Below, piece after piece: positions 24,201 through 32,306 of a DNA stretch of 64,000 nt (position 1 is its first letter; each line of letters begins with the position of its first letter). Under the pieces are notes generated by a model, which saw nothing but the letters and a program-made list of their open reading frames with translations, searched no databases and had not been told where the DNA came from. The stretch is from Gemmatimonadaceae bacterium. Lineage in GTDB: Bacteria; Gemmatimonadota; Gemmatimonadetes; Gemmatimonadales; Gemmatimonadaceae. The stretch is from contig JADYYN010000199.1 of NCBI GenBank assembly GCA_020853635.1, forward strand, positions 23,016-87,015, read 5' to 3'. The translations under genes and the position numbers were made by a program.

Positions 24201-25360
24201 TGACGCGGAGTCTGTGGGACCATACGCTCGAACCGCAGGGTGGGCGTTTGCCGCCGGCGGTGCGGCTCGGGGTGCGGTCGGTGCTGGGGTTGGGGGGGAA
24301 TGCGCGGGTCAAGATCGAAACGGCAACGGCTGGGACCACAGGGGCGCAGGGAACTCAGGGAACGGCAACTGCCGGGGGAACGGCAACGGCGGTTACCACA
24401 GAGGGCACAGAGGGCACAGAGAACGGCAACAGCAACGGCAACGGCAACTTCAAGAGGAACGACAACAGCAACAACAAGCACCACAAGGACAACAACAAGG
24501 ACAACAACACGGACAACAACAAGATCAACAACAAGATCAACAGCAACAACGGCGACGAACCTTCGCGCGACGACACCCCCTGTGCGCCCTGTGTCCCCTG
24601 TGTCCCTGTGGTCCACGCCGTTCCCACCGACACAGCGCCCTCCAGCACCTCCGCCGTTCCTCCGCAGTCCTCTGTGCCCTCTGTGCCCTCTGTGGTAAAT
24701 GCAGTCCCCCGCATCGCCCCATTCGAGAGCATCCACGACTTCGTCCACCGCACGAAACTCGACCGCCGCGCCCTGCGCGCCCTCGCCGAGTCGGGCGCGT
24801 TCGATGCGTTCGTGCAGGACGAACCCCCCGCGCGGCGACGGCGTGTGGCGCTGTGGCGTGTGCTCGAGGCAGAACGTGAACCGGCCGGCCCGCTCGCGCT
24901 CTTCCCGGAGTCGCGCGTGCCACCGCATCTCCCGGCCTTCGCCGCACCGGAACTCACCGAAGCCGACTACCGACTCACCGGGCTCTCACTCAACGGCCAC
25001 CCGATGCGACATCTTCGCACGCTGCTCGCGCCCAACGGTGTGCGCAGTGCGCGCGAGATCCTCACGTTGCGCGACGGCGAACCGGTCGCGCACGCGGGAT
25101 TGGTGATCTGCCGACAGCGGCCCGGCACCGCGAAGGGTTTCGTCTTTCTCACGCTCGAGGACGAAACGGGCACGATCAACGTGGTCATCACCCCGCAGCG
25201 CTTCGAGCGGCAGGCCCTGCTCATCTCACGCACACCGCTCCTGCTTGTGCGCGGTGTACTTCAGGTGGAAAGCGGTGTCTACAACATCCGCGCGAAGTCG
25301 TTCGCGCCGCTCAAGGCGGGGGCGGGGGAAGACTCCGTCAAAGGGCATAATTATAGGTAG
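21290..25360 (+). CDS. dnaE2: Error-prone DNA polymerase III alpha subunit DnaE2, with two large insertions
   Basis: ELHCHSTFSLLDGAS, GRGSAANS, PDIDIDF, KIDLLGLG, YGFPESHA, QRPGTAKG; start TTG 21290 (alternative 21257). Confidence 0.93.
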   Translation: MSAYSELHCHSTFSLLDGASDPERLVERAVALGLHALALTDHDDVGGAVRFATAAKTAGLPGVLGAELTVDVPLPTGLAPAQLETLPNRVCGEDGVPRLRTHLVCLVESREGWGNLCTLITRARLDHPRGQPRVTLDQLAGHTAGLFALTGCPRGWVPQLLALEAPGDTATPSVLGAASTGTGRRAHDALGTLAELFDRRIAVECWDHSLPEERRLVRALLPLARAHDLPWVVTNDVHYARARGRIAHDVLVALRHGATLDEMGTRLRPNGEWHLKSYAQLATRWIGHEEGLATSVAIADRCAFRLEMLKPRLPHFPLPQGVSEDEYLERLVEAGAQERWGWRRTARHDKQIAHELTLIAKLGLSGYFLIVWDIVRFARREGILCQGRGSAANSVVCYCLGITAVDPIKLELLFERFLSEERAEAPDIDIDFAHRERERVLQYVYTRYGREHAAMVCEHITWRGRSAVRDAARVLGFSPEQAGVLASFSDRFSARNTAAALRVGTPGAAIDDEILAAAQEANPFAPERADAAGPANYSKRALRDAPQSIEAKAQKTGARAVAATLLDAVSSDLIVGTHASTLIKESREAHRKLRSDSSAGGEGLGAIPAMRPQDRAAVREHRGGGAQARPDTTNTADAESLLKRANLDPNDPRVQRLADIVEGLDAAPRHRGIHVGGFVLTEEPLRTVVPIEPASMEDRTVIQWEKDDLDPVGLVKIDLLGLGMLTVVQDCLAYVRRTRGVAIDLGQLDCADQAVYDDLCRADTIGVFQVESRAQMNTLPRLKPRCFYDLVVEVALIRPGPIQGDMVHPYLRRRAGLEPVTYPHPSLEPILKRTMGVPLFQEQGMQVAIAAAGFTPGESDLLRKAMGHKRSAERMADISQKMLRGMEANGIAPDLAQRIYNQINAFADYGFPESHAASFALIVYSSAYLRHYYAPEFLCAILNAQPMGFYAPGTLIEDAKRHGVKVLPVDVTRSLWDHTLEPQGGRLPPAVRLGVRSVLGLGGNARVKIETATAGTTGAQGTQGTATAGGTATAVTTEGTEGTENGNSNGNGNFKRNDNSNNKHHKDNNKDNNTDNNKINNKINSNNGDEPSRDDTPCAPCVPCVPVVHAVPTDTAPSSTSAVPPQSSVPSVPSVVNAVPRIAPFESIHDFVHRTKLDRRALRALAESGAFDAFVQDEPPARRRRVALWRVLEAEREPAGPLALFPESRVPPHLPAFAAPELTEADYRLTGLSLNGHPMRHLRTLLAPNGVRSAREILTLRDGEPVAHAGLVICRQRPGTAKGFVFLTLEDETGTINVVITPQRFERQALLISRTPLLLVRGVLQVESGVYNIRAKSFAPLKAGAGEDSVKGHNYR
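24335..24705. repeat. Second nonamer inverted-repeat element with AAC-rich core, inserted in-frame in dnaE2
   Basis: ACCACAGAGGGCACAGAGGGCACAGAG (24395-24421) / CTCTGTGCCCTCTGTGCCCTCTGTGGT (24670-24696); 12-nt AAG-NNC-AAC-AAC-type units at about 24470-24550. Confidence 0.8.
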
Positions 25361-25514
25361 ATGGGAGATGGTGGATTGGGGATAGTGGATGAGATGGTAG
25401 ATGGTGGAAAACAGCCAGCGTGCCCCCGACCACGCGACTAACTTCTGGTCAGCCAACGGAAGGCCGGCGATCGCGCTGCCTTCCGCCATCCACCCTCTGC
25501 CATCTGCCTCTCCC

Positions 25515-26138
25515 ATGTTCATCGCGCTCTTCGGTGCCACCGGTCGTGTCGGTGGTCGCTTCCTCGACTATGCCCTCGCCGACGGCCATCGCGTGCGCGC
25601 GCTCGTGCGTGACGCGAAGAAGCTCGCGCCGCGTGATGGGCTCGAGATCGTCCAAGGTGATGTGCTCGACGCGGCCACTGTCGCGCGCGTGATCGCGGGG
25701 ACCGACGCGGTCGTATCGGGACTCGGTGGCGCCGGCGTCGAGGATCCGGGCGAAGCCCAATCGCAGGGCATGCGCAACATCGTCGCTGGCATGGCGCAAC
25801 ACGGTGTGCGTCGCGTCCTCGGCGTGGCGGGTGGCGGGATCCTCGATTCCGTGAACGGCGGACTGCGTCACGACCAGCCCACCTTCCCCGCGGTCTTCAA
25901 GAAGGTCAGCAGCCGCCACAAGGAAGCCTGGCACGCGATGCGCGACAGCGGACTCGACTGGACCATGGTCGCCACCGGCGACATCGTGCCCGGCGAACGC
26001 ACCGGTGTCTACCGCACGCTCGAGGACTTCCTCCCCGACGGCGGGCGGAAGATCTCCGTGGAGGACGTCGCGGACTTCCTCATCCGCTCACTGCGCGACG
26101 GCACACACAAACAGAAGCGCGTGGGCGCGGGATACTAG
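25515..26138 (+). CDS. NAD(P)H-binding flavin reductase/BVR-B-like protein
   Basis: IALFGATGRVG, LDWTMV, ISVEDVADF. Confidence 0.88.
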   Translation: MFIALFGATGRVGGRFLDYALADGHRVRALVRDAKKLAPRDGLEIVQGDVLDAATVARVIAGTDAVVSGLGGAGVEDPGEAQSQGMRNIVAGMAQHGVRRVLGVAGGGILDSVNGGLRHDQPTFPAVFKKVSSRHKEAWHAMRDSGLDWTMVATGDIVPGERTGVYRTLEDFLPDGGRKISVEDVADFLIRSLRDGTHKQKRVGAGY

Positions 26139-26222
26139 AACGGCAGAGGGGAGATGGGACTGGCAACACATACCACCCTCTCACCTCTAACCTCTCACCG
26201 CTCACCGCTCACCGCTCGTCCG

Positions 26223-26963
26223 TCACCTCGCCACGTACCCGCCGTCCACCAGATAGCTCGCGCCGGTCAGGAACGACGCTTCATCAGCCGCGAGGAACGC
26301 GATCAGCGCCGCGACTTCCTCCGGCGTGCCGATGCGACCCAGCGCGTGCAACGGCGCGACGCCCTCCTCCATGCCCGCGATCATCGGTGTCTTGATGAAT
26401 GCCGGTGCGACCGCCACAACCCGATACCCCTCGGCGCCGAGTTCGAGGGCGGCCGCTTTGGTGAGACCGAGCACACCGTGCTTGCTCGCGGTGTAGGCCG
26501 CCGCGTTCGCGAACCCGACGTGCCCGAGGATCGACGCGATGTTGACGATCACACCGGGTTTCCCCGCTGCGCGCATCACACGCACCGCATGTTTCAGACC
26601 GAGGAACACCCCGGTGAGGTTCACATCGATGATGCGCTGCCACACGGCGAGATCGACGGTATCGATGGCTCCCTGCACACCACCGACGCCCGCGTTGTTG
26701 ACCATCACGTCGAGTCCGCCGAACGCACTCATCGCACGATCGGCCATCGCCGCGACATGCGACTCGTCGCTGACGTCCACGCGCAGTGCGAGCGCGCGTG
26801 CCCCAGAAGCGCTCAACGCACTCGCGATCGACTGCGCCGCCGCTTCATCGATGTCCGCGACCACCACCGCGGCCCCCTCAGCGGCGAATCGACGTGCTAC
26901 CGCCGCACCGATGCCACTCCCGCCGCCGGTCACCACCGCGACCTTCCCGCTGAAACGACCCAT
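26223..26963 (-). CDS. SDR family oxidoreductase
   Basis: TGGGSGIG, NNAG, YTASK, VDGGY; ATG 26963 after GAGG. Confidence 0.92.
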   Translation of the reverse strand: MGRFSGKVAVVTGGGSGIGAAVARRFAAEGAAVVVADIDEAAAQSIASALSASGARALALRVDVSDESHVAAMADRAMSAFGGLDVMVNNAGVGGVQGAIDTVDLAVWQRIIDVNLTGVFLGLKHAVRVMRAAGKPGVIVNIASILGHVGFANAAAYTASKHGVLGLTKAAALELGAEGYRVVAVAPAFIKTPMIAGMEEGVAPLHALGRIGTPEEVAALIAFLAADEASFLTGASYLVDGGYVAR

Positions 26964-27130
26964 ACCTCGCTCCGGTTGCCAGTCGAGTGCAAGGTCGACC
27001 CGGTGCTGAGCGCGGTACATCAGGCGGCTCACACTTCCGACGTGCTGGCTTCCCGTGCGTGGACGACAGGCAATGCCGTAGGGGGAACGGTGCGAAGCCC
27101 GCGATGTGTCATGGACACGAGACGGACCGC

Positions 27131-28033
27131 TCAACCAGCCAAGCGACTCCGGATCCACGCGCCCGCCTGACGCACCGCGTCCACATCGATGTGCGTCTCG
27201 TAACCGCGAGCGCCGAGATGCTCGAGGACAGACTCGGTCGCCACATTGCCGGTCGCACCGGGTGCGAACGGACATCCACCCAACCCGGCCGCGCTCGAAT
27301 CGAAGCTGCGCACGCCGAGCGCAAGACACGCATCGATGTTCACGAGTGCGCGCTGATACGTGTCGTGGAAGTGTCCGTTCACGCGGGATGACTCAGTGAG
27401 CGCGAGCACCGCATCGAACACGCGTGACGTCGCGTCAGGCGTGCCAACGCCGATGGTGTCGGCGATACTGAGTTCATCGACGCCCATCTCCAGCAACTCC
27501 CGCGCGACGCCCACCACCGCCTCTGGTGCGACCTCCCCTTCGTACGGACAGCCGAGTGCGCAGGACACGGTGCCGCGCACATGCAGTCCCGCCGCTCTCG
27601 CTGCCGCGACGACCGGGCGGAAACGCTCAAGCGACTCGGCGATGGAACAGTTGATGTTCTTCTGCGAGAAGCTCTCGCTCGCCGACCCGAACACGCAGAT
27701 GGAGTCCGCCTTGGCCGCGAGGGCACCCTCGAGGCCACGCTGATTCGGCGTCAGCACCGCATAGCGCACGCCGGCACGACGCGTGATGCCCGCCATCACC
27801 TCCGCGGCGTCGGCCATCTGCGGGACGGCCTTCGGCGACACGAACGAGGTCACCTCGATGGTGCGGAATGCGGCGGCGCTCAGCCGATCGACGAGCGCGA
27901 TCTTGTCCGCAGCGGGCAGCAGGGTCTTCTCGTTCTGCAAGCCGTCGCGCGGTGAGACTTCGACGATATGGACGTAGCGGTCGGCAGCGGGCACGAGAGG
28001 TGGGTGAGGTGTGACACGTTCGGCGGAGTCCAC
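27131..28033 (-). CDS. hmgL: Hydroxymethylglutaryl-CoA lyase
   Basis: EVSPRDGLQNE, ADTIG, HFHDT, GLGGCPFAPGATGNVATE. Confidence 0.92.
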   Translation of the reverse strand: MDSAERVTPHPPLVPAADRYVHIVEVSPRDGLQNEKTLLPAADKIALVDRLSAAAFRTIEVTSFVSPKAVPQMADAAEVMAGITRRAGVRYAVLTPNQRGLEGALAAKADSICVFGSASESFSQKNINCSIAESLERFRPVVAAARAAGLHVRGTVSCALGCPYEGEVAPEAVVGVARELLEMGVDELSIADTIGVGTPDATSRVFDAVLALTESSRVNGHFHDTYQRALVNIDACLALGVRSFDSSAAGLGGCPFAPGATGNVATESVLEHLGARGYETHIDVDAVRQAGAWIRSRLAG

Positions 28034-28134
28034 ACGAGGTACGCAGTCCCCCTACAATCTGGTCGGTGTTCCTCGCGTTGTCAGTCGGCGGCACTGACGC
28101 GACATTTCCCTTCTACCCGCCGCAGGAGCAGAGC

Positions 28135-28758
28135 ATGTCCACCACACGCCGTCTCCGCACGTTCGTCCTTCGCGTGTCCGTCGTCGTCATCGGGGTCGCA
28201 AACGCCTGCGCGCGCCCCGCGGACTCCAACGTCGCCCCGGTCGCGGACTCGGCCTCCGTCGCGCGTGCGCGGGCCGCGGCCGATTCGCTCGGGCCCGCGC
28301 TCATGGGCAAGCTGGTCGGCGCGTTGGACTCGGATGGACCCGATGCCGCGATCACCTTTTGCGCCGACTCCGCACAGGCGCTCACCGCGCGTTTCGCCCA
28401 CGATGGGGTGATGATCCGGCGTGTGGGGACCCGCGTGCGCAATCCTCTCAACGCACCCGACTCGCTCGAACAACGCATCCTCGCCTACTACGACGCGGAA
28501 CGCGCCGCCGGCCGGCCGATGCTGGAAGTGCGTGAGGTCGCGCGGACCGCCGACGATGGCGGTTGGGAACTCCGGCTGCTGCGCCCGGTCACCGTACTCG
28601 AGCGCTGCACGACCTGTCACGGGTCGACCGACCAGATCCCGGCCTCGACCGCCGCGCTCATCGCCGCACGCTACCCTGACGACAAGGCTGTGGGTTACGC
28701 AGCAGGCGACCTGCGCGGCGCGATCACGGTACGCATCGCACTGCCCACCGCGCGATGA
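28135..28758 (+). CDS. DUF3365 c-type heme lipoprotein
   Basis: Lipobox-like ANAC, RNPLNAPD, CTTCH, YPDDKAVGY..GDLRGA. Confidence 0.85.
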   Translation: MSTTRRLRTFVLRVSVVVIGVANACARPADSNVAPVADSASVARARAAADSLGPALMGKLVGALDSDGPDAAITFCADSAQALTARFAHDGVMIRRVGTRVRNPLNAPDSLEQRILAYYDAERAAGRPMLEVREVARTADDGGWELRLLRPVTVLERCTTCHGSTDQIPASTAALIAARYPDDKAVGYAAGDLRGAITVRIALPTAR

Positions 28759-29642
28759 CGCTTCAGGCGCCTCGCGCGGGGTTCCGCACGCGCTTCGCGC
28801 CCGCGCCGACAGGACACCTTCACCTCGGCCACGCGGTGAACGCGGTGTGGGTCTGGGGACTCGCTCAGGCCTTCGATGGCCGCGTGCTGCTCCGGCTCGA
28901 GGACCACGACCGTGGTCGCTGCCGCGCAGAGTACGAGACGTCCATCCTCGACGACCTCGACTGGCTCGGCCTCGTCCCCGACGGCGCGACGACGGCCACG
29001 TTCCGCACTGGCCCCCACGCGCAGCGACAGAGCGACAACACCGCACGCTACGACGCGCGTCTCGCCGCACTCGATGCGCGCGGTCTCGTATACACTTGCC
29101 GCTGTTCACGCGCGGAGATCGCGTCATCGGTGTATCCCGGCACGTGTCGGCACACTGCGGTGCCTGCGGAGTCGACGCCGGCTCGTCGCGTAATCATGGA
29201 TGGCACCGCGGCGGAGAGCTTCGACGACCTGCGACTCGGCACGCAATCACAAGACCCGATGACGCAGTGCGGCGACCTGCTCGTGCGCGATCGAGCCGGG
29301 AACTGGACCTACCAGTTCGCCGTGGTGGTCGATGATCTCGAACAGGGCATCGATCTCATCATCCGCGGCGAGGACCTCCTCGATTCCACCGGACGGCAGT
29401 TCCGCCTCGCACAACTCCTCGGTCGAGACACGATGCCGAGTGTACTGCATCATCCGCTCGTGAGTCATCCGGACGGTCGCAAACTGAGCAAGTCGGCTGG
29501 CGACACCGGGCTCCGGGAGCTGCGAGCCGCCGGCCGCAGCCCGGCGGAAGTGCTCGGCCGTGCGGCGCATCTCGGTGGTCTTGCCGATTCACCGCGTCCG
29601 ATCCCGGCGAGTGCGCTCGGCGACCTGTTCCGCGGTGCCTGA
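28755..29642 (+). CDS. gluQ: tRNA glutamyl-Q(34) synthetase GluQRS-like
   Basis: RFAPAPTGHLHLGH, YQFAVVVDD, IIRGEDL, KLSKS; no anticodon-binding domain. Confidence 0.85.
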   Translation: MTLQAPRAGFRTRFAPAPTGHLHLGHAVNAVWVWGLAQAFDGRVLLRLEDHDRGRCRAEYETSILDDLDWLGLVPDGATTATFRTGPHAQRQSDNTARYDARLAALDARGLVYTCRCSRAEIASSVYPGTCRHTAVPAESTPARRVIMDGTAAESFDDLRLGTQSQDPMTQCGDLLVRDRAGNWTYQFAVVVDDLEQGIDLIIRGEDLLDSTGRQFRLAQLLGRDTMPSVLHHPLVSHPDGRKLSKSAGDTGLRELRAAGRSPAEVLGRAAHLGGLADSPRPIPASALGDLFRGA

Positions 29643-29687
29643 AGGCGCGAGATTGCGCGGCATGATCCCCCCGCGTTCTCTCGCTCG

Positions 29688-31058
29688 GTGAACCTGACAC
29701 TCATCGCGCTGCCCGCGTTCCTCGCGCTGCAGTTGGGTATCGGCGTATGGGTGTCGCGCCGCATCGCGTCGGAGAGCGACTACCTCGTCGCGGGGCGGAA
29801 GCTCGGCTACGTGCTCACCACGGCGTCGATCTTCGCCACATGGTTCGGCGCCGAGACGATCATCGGATCCGCCGGCGAGGTCTACAGCAACGGACTCTCG
29901 CTGGCCTCGGCCGAGCCGTTCGGCTACGGGCTCTGTCTGGTGCTCATGGGCGGCTTCCTCGCGCGAGCCTTCTGGAATCGCGGACTCACGACGGTCGCGG
30001 ACCTGTATCGCCAGCGATTCGGAGTGCCGGTGGAGCGTCTCGCGGCGGTGATGCTCATCCCGAGTTCGGTGCTCTGGGCGGCGGCCCAGGTGCGCGCGTT
30101 CGGCACGGTGATCGCGACCACGACGCCGATCTCCGTCGAGCTCGCTATCACGTTCGCGGCGGTGTTCATCGTCGCCTACACCGCGTGGGGCGGCTTGATG
30201 GCCGACGCGGTGACCGATGTGCTGCAAGGCGGCGTGCTGACGTTCGGCCTCGTCGCGATGCTCGTCGCCGTGGTGATGCAAGTCGGCGGCCCTGGAGAGG
30301 CGTGGACGATCATCGCCGCGACCGACCGGATCGATCTCACGCCAGCGGCGGCCGGGCCCTGGCTCGAGACCGTCGAAGCGTGGGCGATCCCGGTGTTCGG
30401 ATCGCTCACCGCCGCCGAGATCGTGAGTCGTGTGATCGCGGCGCGCACGCCGACCGTCGCGCAACGTTCGTCGCTGCTGGCGGGCGCCTTCTATATCACG
30501 ATCGGGCTCATCCCCGTGACGATCGCCCTGCTCGGTGTGCACGTTGTCCCGGCCCTGGACAACCCGGAGCAGCTCCTGCCGACCATCGCGCGCGACGCGC
30601 TGCCGCCGCTGCTCTTCGCTGTCTTCATGGGCGGACTGATCTCGGCCATCCTCTCGACGGTCGACTCGACGCTCCTTGTCGCATCGGGCCTGTTGTCACA
30701 CAACCTCATCATCCCGCTCGCGCGGATCACGGATGAGCAGCAGAAACTGCGATTGGCCCGGTACACGGTCGGGTTCTTCGGACTCGTCGCGTACGCGCTC
30801 GCGCTCGGTGCGGAGGGCGTGTTCGCGCTGGTGGAAGAAGCGTCGGCGTTCGGGAGCGCCGGCATCGTGGTGACGGTGTTGTTCGCGTTGCTCACGCCTT
30901 GGGGCTCGGCGCGCACGGCGGCGATGACACTGCTCAGTGGTGTTCTGTCCTACGTCGGCGCAGTGGCGCTGGGTGCGACGACGCCGTTCATCCTCTCGCT
31001 CGCTGCATCACTTCTCATCTGGGGCCTCGGATGCCTGATCGACGCAAAAGCGCGCTGA
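29688..31058 (+). CDS. Sodium:solute symporter family protein
   Basis: DYLVAGRKLG, ATWFGAE, SAILSTVDS; multiple TM segments. Confidence 0.9.
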   Translation: MNLTLIALPAFLALQLGIGVWVSRRIASESDYLVAGRKLGYVLTTASIFATWFGAETIIGSAGEVYSNGLSLASAEPFGYGLCLVLMGGFLARAFWNRGLTTVADLYRQRFGVPVERLAAVMLIPSSVLWAAAQVRAFGTVIATTTPISVELAITFAAVFIVAYTAWGGLMADAVTDVLQGGVLTFGLVAMLVAVVMQVGGPGEAWTIIAATDRIDLTPAAAGPWLETVEAWAIPVFGSLTAAEIVSRVIAARTPTVAQRSSLLAGAFYITIGLIPVTIALLGVHVVPALDNPEQLLPTIARDALPPLLFAVFMGGLISAILSTVDSTLLVASGLLSHNLIIPLARITDEQQKLRLARYTVGFFGLVAYALALGAEGVFALVEEASAFGSAGIVVTVLFALLTPWGSARTAAMTLLSGVLSYVGAVALGATTPFILSLAASLLIWGLGCLIDAKAR

Positions 31059-32218
31059 TCGGCGCGGCCTTCCTCATGGCGACGTCGGCGGTCGGCCCTG
31101 GGTTCCTCACGCAGACGGCGGTGTTCACTGAGCGGCTCGGACCGAGCTTCGGGTTCGCGATCCTCGTGAGCATCGTGATCGACCTCGTGGCACAGCTGAA
31201 CATCTGGCGTGTGCTCACGGTCACCGGCAAGCGCGCTGGCGACGTGGCGAACGCGGTCACGCCCGGGCTCGGCACCGTACTCGCCGTGCTTGTCGCTTTG
31301 GGCGGGCTCGCCTTCAACATCGGCAACGTGGCGGGCGCCGGACTCGGATTGGAAGTCGCGTTCGGCGTGCCGTTGTGGCTCGGTGCCGTGCTCAGCGCGA
31401 CGCTGGCGGTCGCACTGTTCCTCGTGAAGGAGGCAGGTCGAGCGATGGATCGATTCGCCATCGCACTGGGTTTCGTGCTGGTCGCGCTGACGTGGTACGT
31501 CGCGTTCGCGTCGTCACCGCCGATCGTCGAAGCGGCACAGCGCACGTTCGCGCCATCCACGATCGATATCCTCTCCATCGTCACCATCGTCGGTGGGACG
31601 GTCGGCGGCTACATCACATTCGCCGGAGCCCATCGGTTGGTGGACGCGGGTGTGCACGGCATCGATGCCCTGCCCACGGTCACTCGCTCGGCTACCACAG
31701 CCATCGGGATCGCGTCGCTGATGCGTGCGGTGTTGTTCCTCGCGGCGTTGGGCGTGGTGAGTCGTGGACTCGCCCTCGACGCGGCGAACCCGCCGGCCTC
31801 GGTGTTCCGTCACGCCACCGGGGAACTCGGCTACCGCATCTTCGGCATCGTGATGTGGAGTGCGGCCATCACCTCAGTCGTGGGCGCGGCGTACACGTCG
31901 GTGAGTTTCCTGCGCGGACTGCATCCGGCGCTCGAGCAGCATTGGTCGCGCGTGGTGATCGTGTTCATCGCCGTCTCCACCTTGAGCTTCTTGTGGATCG
32001 GTCGCCCGGTGAAGACCCTGGTGCTAGTGGGCGCGCTGAACGGATTCATTCTGCCGCTGGCGCTCGGTGCGATGCTCCTGGCGGCGCATCAGACACGCAT
32101 CGTCGGCGCATATCGGCATCCGAAGGCGCTCACTGCGCTCGGGTGGCTCGTCACCGTGGTGATGGCCGCCGCCGGTGGCTGGGTACTCTGGCGCGACCTA
32201 CCGTCGCTCTTCCGCTAG
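31031..32218 (+). CDS. NRAMP-like YcsG-family transporter
   Basis: GAAFLMATSAVGPGFLTQT, GGTVGGYITFAGAHR. Confidence 0.88.
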   Translation: MPDRRKSALIGAAFLMATSAVGPGFLTQTAVFTERLGPSFGFAILVSIVIDLVAQLNIWRVLTVTGKRAGDVANAVTPGLGTVLAVLVALGGLAFNIGNVAGAGLGLEVAFGVPLWLGAVLSATLAVALFLVKEAGRAMDRFAIALGFVLVALTWYVAFASSPPIVEAAQRTFAPSTIDILSIVTIVGGTVGGYITFAGAHRLVDAGVHGIDALPTVTRSATTAIGIASLMRAVLFLAALGVVSRGLALDAANPPASVFRHATGELGYRIFGIVMWSAAITSVVGAAYTSVSFLRGLHPALEQHWSRVVIVFIAVSTLSFLWIGRPVKTLVLVGALNGFILPLALGAMLLAAHQTRIVGAYRHPKALTALGWLVTVVMAAAGGWVLWRDLPSLFR

Positions 32219-32306
32219 CGCGTCGCCTCGGAGTGCGCCTCGCGGCACGCCTCGCCACCGACTCCCCCGCGCTGTACTTTCTCCGCGACCCCTTCCGGAG
32301 CCGGTG

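Noticed and set aside
20933-24705. CRISPR array interpretation of the CACAGAG repeats
   Set aside because: The units are about 9 nt, tandem and inverted, with no regular unique spacers and no cas genes.
22790-24712. Inteins in dnaE2
   Set aside because: Neither insertion has Cys/Ser at the start with His-Asn plus Cys/Ser/Thr at the end, nor LAGLIDADG motifs.
27060-27125. Possible cobalamin riboswitch (GGGAA..GGTG.GAA.CCCG)
   Set aside because: The similarity is partial, it is on the strand opposite the flanking genes, and no B12-box was seen.
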